A stretch of 62,616 bases of DNA, counting the filler, from Choristocarpus tenellus KU-1152 (taxonomy: Eukaryota > Protista > Phaeophyceae), in assembly GCA_964200185.2 (NCBI GenBank). It is 10 parts of 10 records of this genome, joined end to end, with 100 filler letters (N's around TTAATTAATTAA, not from the genome) between each part and the next. Parts side by side here need not be neighbours in the genome. Positions count along the whole stretch, not along the records: positions 1 to 19,414 come from CAXNAD020000466.1; 9 more parts are not named here. One strand, written 5' to 3'. The notes under the pieces are model-generated. The model was not told the origin of the DNA, ran no database searches, and saw nothing but the letters and a program-made list of their open reading frames with translations. The position numbers and the translations under genes are program-made. This document shows, piece after piece, positions 1 to 13,800 of the stretch (the first letter of the stretch is position 1; every line of letters starts with the position of its first letter).

Positions 1-418
1 CCCCCCCAAGATACTTTGACCCAAGGGGGACATTTTAGGGGATACAAAGCTCTGATGCAACAAAGGTATGAGAAAAAGCAGGGCTCTGCAAGGAGAGGCA
101 TGAGGGTGGCCTCATTGTATAGAACAAGACACAAACACTTTGGGTTGATAAGAAACCTGTCAGCACAAGGTGGAAATCACAAAACACACAATCAAGGAAG
201 GGGATAAAAGCACAGAGGCATTTTGCAATCAAATATTTTCAAACTAAGGAACTGATTTGACTTCGGCTGTAGAGAGGTAGCTCATTTCATGCATCTTGGT
301 GCGTGCATATGCACTGCTGGTTTTTAAAATCGGAAACATACATATTACTTGCCTCCTGCATTCTCCCCTGTCTTTGGTCATGAAATACATTTGTTACAAG
401 GATATTGAGTCAACTCAC

Positions 419-2049
419 CGATACAACGCAAGTAACAGCATCAAAGGAGCTATCCGCAAAGGGAAATTTGGGGTCAACATTGAGATCCTTGACCACATAT
501 TCCTCCAGCTGCTCGTTTTTGCTCAGCTCAAATTTGTTCATGCCCAGTCTATGCTCAATACAGGACGGACAGAGTGGGTGATATGTGGGGCTCATGGTGA
601 TCTCAGTGTCTGGCGACCTTTACAGGAGCAAAATAAAGTATGATAGCCAGCAGATCTAACAAATGATCTTCCTGCTTTAACTTACAAATTATGCACAGAG
701 AACCCTGGAGCCATTGTCTACCACAGGTATTGTCACTCTGCATAGGTTAGACATACAACTGTTCTAGTGTAAAGTGAACACATGAGGGGTACTAGCGTTA
801 AATTAGTGGGGTGATGTGGCATAGGAAGTCGAAAGGTCGAGAAAAAAGTCAATACGAAAGATAGATTGAGCTAGGGTTGTTTGCAGTAATGGCTCAGAAA
901 ACCTCACACATACATTCCCTGAGAAGAATATACGATGCAGTAGAAGCAAGAGGAGCAACCCAAGACACTAAATCACAAGCCAATACTGCTGATATCTCCT
1001 TTATAGTCTGTTAATCGCTCTAACTTGCGATACGCCACGCACCCGACTCTTTTACCATGCTTCCAATCCTTGGGGAAATGGCTAACCCATGACGAGCAAA
1101 TATCAAGAACATCTGCCCCTGCAGGGAGGCTCTTGGCATAATACTTGGTCAGAGCCTTGACTGCATAATCATCTGGGAACATAGGAAATGGATACGGAAG
1201 GTCAAGACCTTTCTCGCATATAATCTGTTCCACTTCGACAGCAACCCTGTAAATTTAGGTCAAGATGAAGAAACAAACAGGGCAGCACCAACTGGTGCAT
1301 CCTGTTAGTGTTATTCCTTTCGAGGAAAAATGGCGTCGTTTTAGCCCTAAATAGGATACTTAGGTGGCATGCCCCGGTCCATGTATGCGGATAGGGTTGA
1401 TGTTGAAGCATGCTGCCTCAACGGGTCCAGATATCTTGGTCTTCTGCAACACGGCATAAGGGTAGGGCGTGCGAATCAAGACCTCGTACTGATGCCGAGC
1501 CTTATAATATAGCCTTTCCACCTCCTCTGGTGCGTCGAGCTGTGATTGACACAGATTTTTTTTTATGTCCGTAAGTCGAAGTACTTTGGTTACTCAGGGT
1601 TGTTTTCTCACCGATATGATACACAAGTCGCGGTTGGGTGTAGAACAACCCGTCATTGCTCTCATCAAGGCGGCTGAAGTCCTGAGGATCGAAGGGGAAA
1701 TTTTCTGGCCATTTGGGGGCAGCAAGCACATCTTCGGCTGTTATCCTTCTCCTACGACATTGGAGGAAGAGTGTGATGAGTCCAACATTAGTTTACTGCG
1801 TCATCCACCCAGTGAGATGACTGTAAAGGCAGACCCAACTACTGATAGTAAATTATGGACCTTGGATCTCACTTACTCCGCCATGAGCTTCCGTGTTCCC
1901 TTCCTACCCAGTATAGCCCCAGACCCATCACGCAAGGCGCCTTGGAAGAGGATATTAGTACCAACACCAACATGGTTCGTCAGGTTTGGTGCGAATGCCA
2001 CCGCTTGTACAGCAAGCATCGCTCCCAAGAAAGCTCCCCGAGAAAACAT
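419..2049 (-). CDS. Plastid-targeted class I SAM-dependent methyltransferase (Methyltransf_11-like), 3' end beyond window start
   Basis: Exons 2049-1877, 1751-1612, 1172-1043, 548-419 join in frame through GT-AG introns: MFSRGAFLGAMLAVQAVAFAP...KWPENFPFDPQDFSRLDESNDGLFYTQPRLVYHIDDYAVKALTKYY...VLDICSSWVSHFP...VGLGMNKFELSKNEQL...KDLNVDPKFPFADSSFDAVTCVVS. Motifs match the plant/algal/cyanobacterial methyltransferase family. Signal peptide plus ASAFAP-type motif. The expected next VDYL exon was not found in the window. Confidence 0.9.
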
Positions 2050-2817
2050 TCCTAATGATGCTCTCCACTAGAGCAATACAGCTTTTACAATGACTGATTC
2101 TGGGTGTATTTCGAACACCCTACTTCTATGGTACGTCAACTAACACAACATGACATGACGCCCCTGTATAGATATTCTTACCATAAACCAACCAATAACT
2201 AGAGTTAGGGTTAGTAGTACTAGCTAATCCAACTAACTGCTTCAACATCTGAATGTCACTTCTCATTATATATATTTACTCATGATACTTATAGCACTGG
2301 TTGTGACACATTATTGGATGTCGGATGGAAATTATATATAAATTTAAACAATAATGTTGAAATGCATTCTTGCGAATAGATATATTAACGAATTGATCTG
2401 TATGTTGGATTGTGTTGAATAGTTATTGGTATGTTTGTCCACTTTGTATCTCCGTTCTTTATCTCTCAGTAGTATTATTGTAGTACTAAACAAAATATTC
2501 TTCGTTCGGGAATTCAATTTTTATCCAGTAATACAACTGGATCACTGGGATCGGGTACAGTTTATGGATCAAACCCAAACGCTTGACTTTCTGGGGTCAC
2601 CTAACCAGTCAACCGTTCCCTACTCACCCCAGCACTCATCACATCCTATCCCCCCATCAGGTCACCTCGACACCGCTTGCTGATCTTGAGTTGCCTGCTT
2701 CCTGATCTCTTCTACCTTGCCTATCGGGACTGGCATCGACGTTCATCAACGAAGATCGAGTCTCCTACTCAACGATAGGGGTGATAGCAGCCTTATCTCA
2801 TCAATTTAGAATCAGCG

Positions 2818-5695
2818 ATGAATGCTACAGGGAGATGCAACCGGATGGGGTTGGTTATGGCCTTGCTTGGATTATTCGCTGCGGGCGTCAACGGTTCAGG
2901 TAATACTAACTAGTGTTGACTTCTACACATTGCGTTTTCTTGACTCGACATGATTTTGTGGACGTACCATGTCGGCAGTGCCGATAATCTTCTAGTCTTC
3001 TTCTCGCTTGTCCAACCACATACCCCCGACCTTCTAAGTGAAGAATAGAAATAGTCCAGGCTTCGATAGGATGCGTTATACTATGCACTAAGGACACTGT
3101 TCGTCGCGTATTCCCTTCTCGCTTCATCATTCAAGACATAATCGTTGCAAGTTGTCGAAGTATGTGCTATCTCTAAAAGAGTGGTCTTCGCACTTGCTCC
3201 TTTTCCCTAACTGTGCCACCATTTGCTCGATGTGAACCTATCCAACAGAATGCGACATTGTGACAGTCACTGGGGAACTCCCTGGGACGTACGAATATGA
3301 ATGGCTGGATGGAGCACACACCTGGTTGCATTCCGAGGACTATGTTGAACACTATGATGTCCGTATTACATCCGAGGACCATCCCTGGGAAGCTTATCAA
3401 GAATGCGACGACTGCTTCACCTTCACTGAAGTTTGGGGTGAATGCTCTTCTGATATCACCCTCCGATACGCCAACCCTGCACGAGTTTCTTGCATTGGTC
3501 ATGATGACAAGCTCTCTTTTGTTAGGAGTGTTTCGCCCACTTGCTCCGAAGTGTTCGGGATTGCATCTATCACATCCGTTACAGAGTCCAAAGAGATTGA
3601 GGAGGCTAACTCCGGTTGATGACGCTAACACCTTCACACCATTTCAATCATCAAGAGCCTTAATGATGTACCACAATCTGGTCTGGAACCCCTTACCTCT
3701 TTTTCTTATGTCTGCCTCGTACCAGGGGACTTGGCCGAAAACTACGCCTGCCCGCACAGGGCCTGGTTCATCAAAGAAGAGGACGCATCTGGGGAGATCC
3801 GTTATCCCATATATGGTGTAAGTTCCACTTGCCTCGTATAATCTCGCTTGTCATCACTCACCTCCCTGTCAAACTGCTTTGCTGGGAATTTACTGTTGTT
3901 GGCAATGCCCTTGTCTCTAATCTCATGTACAGCATACCACACCTTTGCCCCTGTCTCCTGCCCCCACCTCCACCCAATCTATCGGCATTCCTCGTTTATT
4001 CGTGTAGATGCCTTCCCTACAATGTAACCAACACTGCCACGTCTACTTCTGCCCATTTCAGATTTTGGACTGTGCTGATGAGCCCTCGTCTATTACGAGC
4101 ACAAGGTGGATGGAATTTGCTTGTGATGGATGTACTGGTGAGGAGAGGACCGGTGACATCACCATTGAATGTGCGCTTGACAACGGCTCTGGGAAAAACC
4201 CAAGTGAGTGGTAGCAATTACTTGAAATACTACTCTGTACATATCTTAAATGATATCATACCTTGTGTGAGACATACATTTGACGGAAGGAATGGTGAAC
4301 GGTCTCAGATAGGCCAATATCAAGGGGGAAGGAGTTGAGGCGGAAGAGCCACACCTGTCAGGGTAAAGCTTGCTGTAGAAACTGTCACTGGTCAGCTCCA
4401 CCTACATCTATATTTTCCTGCAGTTGTCACGACAGGGATGAGGAATACAAGTCTACTAATTGTATGCTCCTGGTCTAGCCATCCTCTTGCTGGCCTCAGT
4501 CGACCCCATCATTGGTTTTACCTTAAGTCCCTTCATCCCCGCAGGCTCATGTGTGAGCATTCACGTCACTGGGCCCCCAGAGGTCATTGGAGATGACTTC
4601 GAGGAGGGTAACTTCTTGTGGAACGGAAAAGTCGAAATTGGTTCTGACGGTAACAGCAGGCGGGTGTATGAGCTGGAGGGGCATGATACTGCTGTATTGA
4701 CCTACAAAGAAGTGGGAGCATCCCACTACCTGTCCAGCCATCCAGGTTTTGAGGGTGAGAGCCAGTACAGCAAACATAATTTATGAAGTGTTCTGAATGG
4801 TGGGAGCAGAGGAGAGTTGCATGCATGTATACGGACTTTCCATTATTACAAGACTTACATTGTATTATACTCCGGTGTATCTTTCTAGAAGTGACTATGG
4901 AAGAGTTATTGCAGGTCTTCTTGCCTCTTTCATGCATACTATACCTACCTCTTTCGGTCCATTTGGTTCAATTTCCTTAACGTGCTTCATTCCTTCCTTT
5001 CCTTGTGCTGTTCACAATCAGACTTCACAACCTGTGATGATGGCTCGTGGGTGTTTGCTGACTACCCAGACGACGAGGACATCACTGTGGTAAGCTCAAC
5101 CCCACCTGTTCCTGTTGTGTCTGTGGAAGGAAGTACTCTGGACTGATCTGCTCACACACCTCTACATGTGCAATTTGTGTTTTTGTTTCCTGTGTAGGTG
5201 TTTCCAACAGAAAAACGCCCTCAAAATAACTTCCCCTCCTGCCTTCCTGCCTCTCGCCTTCCCATTGTATCCGTTCTGCTATCTACTGTGGATGCGGTTA
5301 CTTCCCTTCAGTCGATGGACTGTGCAGACACACCTCTTGAGGTCACTGCGCCTTGGGTGTGGATCCGATATGAGGACTGTGAGCCTTGGGAATCCCACCC
5401 CCAACCAACGCTCACGTGTACAGAGTGGGATGACAAAGTGAATGATGACGATGACAAGGTGGATGATGACAATGGCATCAATGATGATGACAACAATGAT
5501 GATAGCAACAATGATGATAACAACAATGACGATGATGATAATGCACACCAGAGCGGATCGTCAACCTCTAGTGGGCGGGCAGGTCTAACGGAATCGGCGT
5601 GGGTAGCGATATCGGTGGGAATCTTAATTATGGTCATCACCATCTGCTTGGCTGTGACAAGGATTGTATCAGAGAAAGCGTATGGCAGACGATAA
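2818..5695 (+). CDS. Hypothetical type I membrane protein (about 447 aa): signal peptide, two Cys/Trp-rich repeats, D/N-rich linker, C-terminal TM helix
   Basis: Exons 2818-2899, 3249-3614, 3726-3817, 4062-4203, 4545-4754, 5022-5089, 5312-5695 are all GT-AG and phase-compatible (1344 nt). N-term MNATGRCNRMGLVMALLGLFAAGVNGS; TM AWVAISVGILIMVITICLAV; tail TRIVSEKAYGRR*. The exon 2 donor is the least certain. Confidence 0.8.
5438..5544 (+). repeat. Coding (GAT/GAC/AAC/AAT)n low-complexity tract encoding an Asp/Asn linker
   Basis: NDDDDKVDDDNGINDDDNNDDSNNDDNNNDDDDN read directly. Confidence 0.9.
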
Positions 5696-6332
5696 GATCC
5701 TTTTTGGACTTGACTGAGACTAGAGCGTGTTTGAAAAAAGAGGGGGGAAAGGAGTATAGTAATTATGGTGGGCTTGAACATTGTGTTATCTGTTGGGTAG
5801 ATCTTGTTGTGGGGCAAGAGAGGCACACCAATTTTTTTTGTGTCTTCTGGGTTTGGTTGATGTTGAGTTGAGTGATGTTTGGATGATGGTTTTGCCGGTG
5901 GCGGTCATGGCACACAGGGATGGAGGTGGTGCGAGAGATGCTTGTTGATGAGACAAAAAAGTGTTTGTTCATGTGTGTGTGTAGTGCCTATTCCTATGAT
6001 TTTATAGTCTTGTTTGTGTTTTACATATGTGTATGGAAAATGTGGAATGATCTTGTTCCCAACACCTAGTCTTGTTCCAGGTGTTGTTAGAGGAAGGGAA
6101 AGTCAGCCGGTAAGATAGCCCCAAAATCGGCCTTCCGGTTTTTGTTGTAGATCCTCTTTGCATAAAGGGTGCGTGTCTGGCTGTGTTTGAAGGTTCACCT
6201 CTCGATCTATGTTGGTGTTCCTGGATTTGTTTATTGTCGATCTTACTTGAATTCATTTTATGTTCTTGAACTGGTTTGGGGGGAAGTACACACTTGAATA
6301 GTACTCTGGAGTGCAATTTTTTCCTGATGCTG

Positions 6333-6640
6333 TCAATTCGTATGATCCATTTCTACATTTTTTGCTGAGGTACGCACACACGCAAGCCTCAAAGATTGGA
6401 AGAGGATGGCGCTGATTACATGCTTGTTCTCTTTATCTTTCTTGTGCGCTTGTGTTCTTGTTGCCAATCCATGCCTCATATATTTGGAAGCAAAGTCGTG
6501 CACAACAGCAAGTACGGTGTGAGGCATGGTATATACTATTTGTCGGCGGAATTTTTGTGTACCTGGTTGCTTTTTTCGTGGTGGTGGAGCAAGGCTAACA
6601 CTCACCGAATGGACCGGTTTTTGGAAATCTTCCTGCCACC
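6333..6640 (-). pseudogene. Possible decayed DNA transposase fragment (Sola2-like DF.ENY region)
   Basis: KFRRQIVYTMPHTVLAVVHDFASKY resembles the hydrophobic-strand DFAENY motif. Short and degenerate. Confidence 0.25.
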
Positions 6641-9518
6641 ACAAAGAACTACAATATAAATAGCAATAAAACAAGCTAGTTCTTCTTTCATTCTCTATGT
6701 GAGGAATAGGAGTAAAAAAACACTTCAAAATACCGGAATTCACTGATATGATGACTCTGTACGAGGACCTCCTCGCTTTTTTGCCATGTCCTCTGGTCCA
6801 ACATGCCGCCACGTATTGCTGCCTTCGTCTGATACAAAATAGTGAAGAAAAGCGCAATTACATGGGAGTTAAAATTATGCATTTTTGGACATATCATTTT
6901 TTTATGCACTATTATTGAAGATGATGTATATTATGTGATGGTAGATGATAAAATGATAATGGTTTTCTTTTAGCCAGTGCAAACCTTTTTTGGGTTGCTG
7001 TTTGCATCTTCCCTTTATGGTAGGTATCAATGTCCACATAAAACATTGTGTTGATGTGGCTAATTCTCTTCCAATCGTTTTTGCAACAGGCGATTGATGT
7101 GATATTGTGCCCCTGGTGGCAGTGAGAACGATGTAACTCTACAGAGTACTACAACTCCAGATGAGTACTCAAAGCTATTAATAGTAAGAAAACGCGGAAA
7201 ATCTGCTACTTGAAAAGCTTTCATCCTCATCAAAATTGGGTGTCCGTCTGTTTCTTTGTTATTACTGTGTTGTAGCTGACTTTACTAAGTGACTTTACTT
7301 ATTTAATTCGAAATCCCACTCCTGATCTTGAAAATAAACGTCCCATTATGCATCTGCCATTGCCTCCTTGTGCTTGATCTCAACTAGTACGGGTTAATAG
7401 TAGTGACTATTTAGGAGTATGCTATCGTTGGTTAACTTTAGGGAGCAAATAGGGCAAGACCCATGGCCAACATCGTCACCGTAAAGTACAAGTATTATTA
7501 GTACCAAATAAGCTGAAAGTTTAGTAGGTGAAACACGCACCCGTCAGGTGCTCAGTCAACATCCTGCCTTGTTTTTATGAGGTATGAAGAATCCTTGAAG
7601 AGGTTTGGTTGGCTTGGGTCCTTTTTTTTAGTGTAAGGGGCTTGTATTATCAGCCTGTCGTCCCCATTCCTATGTACTCAATTATGACTAGCCCTCATCA
7701 GGAGGATGTGGTTCTAGAATAGGATATGAAAGGTCATCCGTTCACGCATGGACAAATTCGCTCCCCAGAAGGCAGTCACAGAGACCCCATACAGTCAACA
7801 GCGTCCCCCTTTAGAATACGATACTCTTTACAATAATCAAAATTAGTACATAGTTTAACATTACCTCTTGAGCAGAGTCAAACCGTAGCACTTCTTCCTA
7901 AATCGTTGTGCTACCTCTGTCAAATCAGATATGGAAGCTCTCAAAGGCATACACCTGTAAAAGAAAGGGATACACAGCTACACCAGAAGTGCCAAGAATA
8001 AACTTCTTGTGCAATCATCTATGACTTTTGTGCCTCTCACCTCTCTGCTGTGAACCTTCTGGGTCACCTCATAGCAAAATAGCTTAATTGGCGTTTTGAA
8101 CAATATTCTTGTGTGTAAAATTTTCTTTCACCATAGGAAACAGAGAAGGATGTGAGATGTTTCAAAATACAACTATAACCACCCACCTAGCATTTAAGAA
8201 TGCATATACTACATACATGCAAGTATATGTTCCATCCATGTTGTTCCTAAGAACGACTCTCATTTGCATTGTGATTACCTCTGAGATGAACATTGTACCA
8301 CCAAAATACCAGGACTTCATATACAACTAACCATAGAACTCAAGTATTGTAGCTTGGCCAGCAGTACAAAGCAATTGGAGGCTGTCTGTGCCTAGGGGGA
8401 GATGCATCTTTGCACCATACACAGGCTTGGAGGACCCTAAGCAAAATGTGCCTGGACAGTCTGAGACACACATGACCAGGCACGGATTGAATATTACGAT
8501 ATGGACTCACTCAAGAGGTCTGAATCTATTACTTGGAAATAAGAGATGCAGGAGGGCTCTCGTCAGCTAAAAGTTGTGACACCTCCACACACTACATGCT
8601 TGTGGAGAACAAAGAATGTCACATGCTGATATGTTCACATAGATGGAACCATCAAAGCCGCAAGCTATCCCTGGGCTACACAGAGTCAATCACCCAGTAG
8701 CACAAGAGCAATATCTGACAGACTCATTGAATGATTGTTGTGAAAAAGGATTTCGTACCTCTGTGCTCTGAAAGTTACTGTCCAGCCAGGACATGAAGTG
8801 GTGAATTGTGGAGAGAAGAGTTTAGAGTTCAGTAGGATGTTCAACCATGCCAGGGCAAGACACATGCTCAAGTATTCCTGGACACCTACTATTCACGCAA
8901 AGTATTTCTTTCAATAAATTAAGTACAATTTTCTCGGTATTTTCAAGATCAAAATCCGACATCAATCAGTGTTCCAAAATCCCGGGGTATTAGTGGTCTG
9001 ATATATTTGGGAAAAAGTCAGGGTGTATGACTATAGCCTGCAAGCAGGTAGTAGGGAGGTTTCACCATCTTTGGTTTGAAGAACATGTTGCAACCCATCA
9101 ATCACTAAGGTGAGACCCCAAGGTGGTGCTTATAAATACCGCCCCATCAGCTGCACTAATCCGATTTATAGAACCCTCTCTTCATTTTTTTTCTATCAGT
9201 GATACACAAGCACAATATATTGTTTCAGGCTGGAATAATGCAATACTTATCTTTATGTGGTGTGCACACAAATACCCTAAACAACAAACCCCAAAAGCAA
9301 GAGCACCCCCCTCCCCCAGTCAAACAGAGGAATGTGTTAGCATCCCATGCAGGGATTCTGTCTCCACACCAAACACACACACAAATGTCAACAATTTCAC
9401 AAACACCCTCCTTTCCCACGCCCCAAGCACTCCCCCCCAGCTCATTTGAGCCTTACCATCAATCTTCAATATCACAAGACAAACGTAAAACAGTCCACAG
9501 GAAGCCTGCTGCTCTTCC

Positions 9519-10761
9519 TCACCCCCCTCCCCCTGGCTCTTCTACCGATTGCTCTACGGCATCCCCACTTGTGGCATCACCCTTGGTGGAAGATGGACCA
9601 GAAGCACCAGCAGTGTCACCAGCTTCCACTAACCTCCCCATAGTATTGGTGCCCTTGGGCTTGCTGGCCTCTACAAAGAGCATGGCTTGCTTGCCAAGTC
9701 CTGCCTCCTCAATTGTCTTGAGAGAATCCTCAGGGTGAGAGAACGATGCCTGCACAAGGGTTTGCCAAGAGACAACAGGTGATCCAATTGAGTTACACAC
9801 AGCAGAAAATGTAACTGAAGAAATGAAATAATCTAGTTTCACAAAAACATACACATGCACCTCTATATGTATCTCCCCCCCACAACCCCCGCATGCCATC
9901 CATTGGCAAAAACCCCTCACCCGAACACTGCACCACCTCCTCTCATCCCAAGGCTCAACTTGCCAATATCAAGTTCTTGGTCCCTGACCTCTCAACTCCC
10001 ATAAACTCTACCCATTACACACAACAGAACAGTACCTTGGGAAAGGATGAAGCCAGCCGCTGCTCTCCCAGGTCTACCCCTTGCACATCAGCCCAGTCGA
10101 AGACCTGTTCCAGTGGGTCCGAACAGAGGAAGCGCCGTCGCACTCGTGAGCCATCCCCCAGTCGGAGCATGATTGTCGACACCATCTTCGTGGTTGTGGC
10201 AGGGTCCACTTCTGGCTCTGGGCCCATGGCTGCAGCCTTTTTTGAACGTCTTTTCCCCCACAACACACACACAACACACACACACACACACAAGGCAAGT
10301 ATTTAACATTGTTTGTAACAAGTAGTAGGTGATTTTCCTCCATATTATACATGTATGGGTGTTTCTGGAGCAGTTCTTCTGCCTTATGGAAAAATATTCT
10401 TCTGTTTCAGGAATCAGCATGCGGGGTGGTGACCGCCGGGTTCCTTGTGATTGACAATCTTCACACATCACCAATCCTGTTCCATGCCCACCTTGTCCCC
10501 ATATTACTATTAATAACCCTAATCCTTTCTCATCAAAATAAACAAGACAAGAAAAAATAGAGAGATCAAACCTCTCTGCATCCTCTCGCTTCTTGTCCTC
10601 CCTAGCCTGCTGTGCCTGCCTCTCCTTCTCCTCCTCCAGCGCTCTTTGTGCCTCCTCCTTGGCCTCCTTGATCTCGTTAATGGTGTCATCTCTCACCGCC
10701 TTGATGTAGCCATCTTGCCTCTCTCGATGTATTGAGTCTTCCTCCTCCTGAAGACTTTAAC

Positions 10762-10803
<42 letters not shown>

Positions 10804-13800
10804 GTATATTATCCAAGAGGGTTAAGGGGAGAGTGAATACAGAAAGGAGTATGCAGGTGGAGGATGAGTGCTTACATGTGTGTGCTATCAGGTGTGAGTT
10901 TGTAGACTAATGAATCAGTTGTGCATGTATGTTCTGTGAGGACAAAGGGGGTAGGGGGAAGGTTGGAAGTGTTTGACACAGAGCACACAAGCCTACAGGT
11001 ATATACCTGTGACACAAACACTTGGTTCAACATTCACATCCCACTAGTGGAAATTATGGAGCAAGGAGTATCATTCCAATCCCTCTCGTGCAATACAAAT
11101 CTGTTGCCTCACTGGTTGCATATTTTAATCGACGGCAAGCGGGACAATGATGGTGGAGACCTGGATATTTAAAAAAGTTGGTGTCTATTGTTCACTACAG
11201 GACATCACCGATCAAAGTAGTCAGTTGTTACTCTTCTACCCAGAGAATCATGCCAATCCAACACACAACACAGAGAGAGTGTCCTACAGCACGTTTCATT
11301 TGCCATCAAAGCAAAAAAAAAGATTCCAGCGAGTCAGTCCGATTTTGGTCATTTCCAACACCTCCTGATATAGCAGAAAACTTACACTGCGTACACCACA
11401 TTTCACTATATCAAGACCCATTTTTGTCGTAGATGAACTATAAGCTTCAGATGTAACTATAGCACTATTGCCAATAAATATTACAGCAAGGTTCAACAAA
11501 AACACTTCACAGAGTCTTGAGATACATTACTCCATTCATCCACCCCAAACAGAAACCTGGCCTCTGTTTCTGCCAAGATATTGATACATTAACCACTATG
11601 CACTGGGGCAGTCTTTACACAACCTATTGCCCTAGTGTTATAACAAACAGTGGCATCCAAGTATCTTGACAAGAATCACTCGAGTTTTAGCATGGCTCTA
11701 GCTTTTCCTGTGGAAATATTCCTTGAGCATGCCAGTGAGGCCAGGAATAAGTCATTCAAAGTAACAGAGAGGTTTGGGTGTTTTAGCCTTCTTGAGTTTA
11801 AAATTTCGTTTAACTTTGTTTGAAGATGTTTGAAAAAGAGCATTGACAAGGACATCTTGCTCTTGCAAACTGAAGATACTTCAGGAAAAAGAAAAAACAC
11901 ACTCCACATTTGTGGACCAATTGATACAAAGCATGTGCCATTAGAAAGTCAGAGGGCCCCCTACAACTCCACCACATTCCCATCTCAGTTGTTTCGACTC
12001 AGACCAGCAGGTGAGGTAGAGATTGGGGATGGAGGGTATCTCACCGCTGCTGCTCCCGCTCTGCTCTTAGGCGATGTTTACTAAGCTCCAGTACACGTGA
12101 CATCCAACTCAACATCTGGAATCACACCAAAACAGAGGGGTGGCATTGGAGAGTAGGGGGTGGTCCTACATCAGCCAAGGACATCACAGTACGCACAAGC
12201 ATGTAAAATGTGCCATACCTCACTAATGTGCCATACCTGCATACCTCACTGGACTACAGTATCCACTTGATATGCTGTTGAGAAGGTAGACCTCTATATG
12301 AAAACCACACATACCAGTAAAAAAAACTGGTGAGTGGCATATCTGTTGATAATTGGGAAGTGAAATCAAGGGGGGGGCACTGTATGATACAGAATAACCA
12401 GGTGTCAACAATACCAGGCCCCTACAACAAGGACGAGGCCCATCTTCAGGTGTTGGGGACTACAGGGAGAGAGAGAGAGAGAGAGAGATGCCAACAGATG
12501 TACACATCTCTAAGCAGCACTGCATCTGCAGCAGGGGAGGGAAATCTGTTTTTAATTATTGTGGGCATAGTGCAGGTTATCGATCACTTCTGTACTGCCA
12601 GTCAACACCATTTTACCCAACCCAGATACATGAAAGCTTCATTACACAGCCAAGCACACATGAACACTAGCCTTTCCAAAAACACAGCACTGACACGCAC
12701 CTGTGCCCATAAAGATGGTACTAGTGGAGTCTACACATGCAATGCAACACCACGCACACTACTATGATAGTGCAATACTTACTAACAGTGAAAATAGATA
12801 TGACACTTAGAGTACTCTTCAATCATTACCACACATCCACATCTTCACCAAGGAGTAGGAACCATCACACACAGACCAAAACACATAAACACCACACTAA
12901 CACGCACCTGGGCCGGTGATGGCGGAGGGTTGAAGTGATGTAGAGCAACTGTGCTTTGCTTGGTCTTGCGCCTGAGGGTATGGCGGTCAACCCGGGAGGA
13001 GGTGTGCACAACGCCAAGGAATGGATAAGACCGTGCCCCTGCCAGTTTTGCTGCTGCAGCTGCCCCAGGCCCCCTTGCCTCTGCAGCCCACAGGATGAAG
13101 TTCTCATCTATGAAAGATGCCACCTGTTGCAGAGAATGAGAGAGAGGTTGCAAAAGGGAGGGATGTTCGTAAGGGACAGGTAAAGGAGGCTATGGCTTCA
13201 ATCGTTTCAAAAGCTGTGACAGTATTGCTTAAGGTCTGTGCGTGAGGGGTCAGGCAACATCAAACTGCAGCACTCAAACACTTGAGGCAAGTGGAGCACA
13301 TCTCTATCATACCATACTGTTAGCATTTTCCCGCAATAAGACGGATTAAACAAGTCACATACACACCTGTGCTCAACCTCTGTTGTCACAACAAACTAGA
13401 GTACCACCATTTCCATCAGAGAGAGTTGGGGTCAGCAGCCTGTTAGAAATGTTCTTCTCACCTTGTGGTCAGCAAACGCATGGCACAGATCACCATCAAC
13501 CTTGCCCTTCTTGCCCCCCCTGTTCACGTCTGAGGCAATGTATATGAGGCAGAGACGATTCATTGACCATGCCTTATCCAAAGCCTCCACCACAGACTTG
13601 GAACTGAACTCTGGGTGACTGGAATGCCAGGAAGGAAGTGGCGTGAGGTAAGAGAAAGCGAGGGGGTTGCACAAATGTATTATGAAATAATGATTTGAAT
13701 AAGTATTTCCTCAGGACCAATGAAGCAGCGTGCATGTTCTATACTCTTCCACATGTCACAGTTACGCATGCTAGGGTGGGTGGGTGACTGTTGCCACACC

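Noticed and set aside
5279-5826. Minus-strand hydrophobic ORFs (poly-Ile/Val, poly-Ser/Leu)
   Set aside because: Antisense shadows of the Asp/Asn codon tract.
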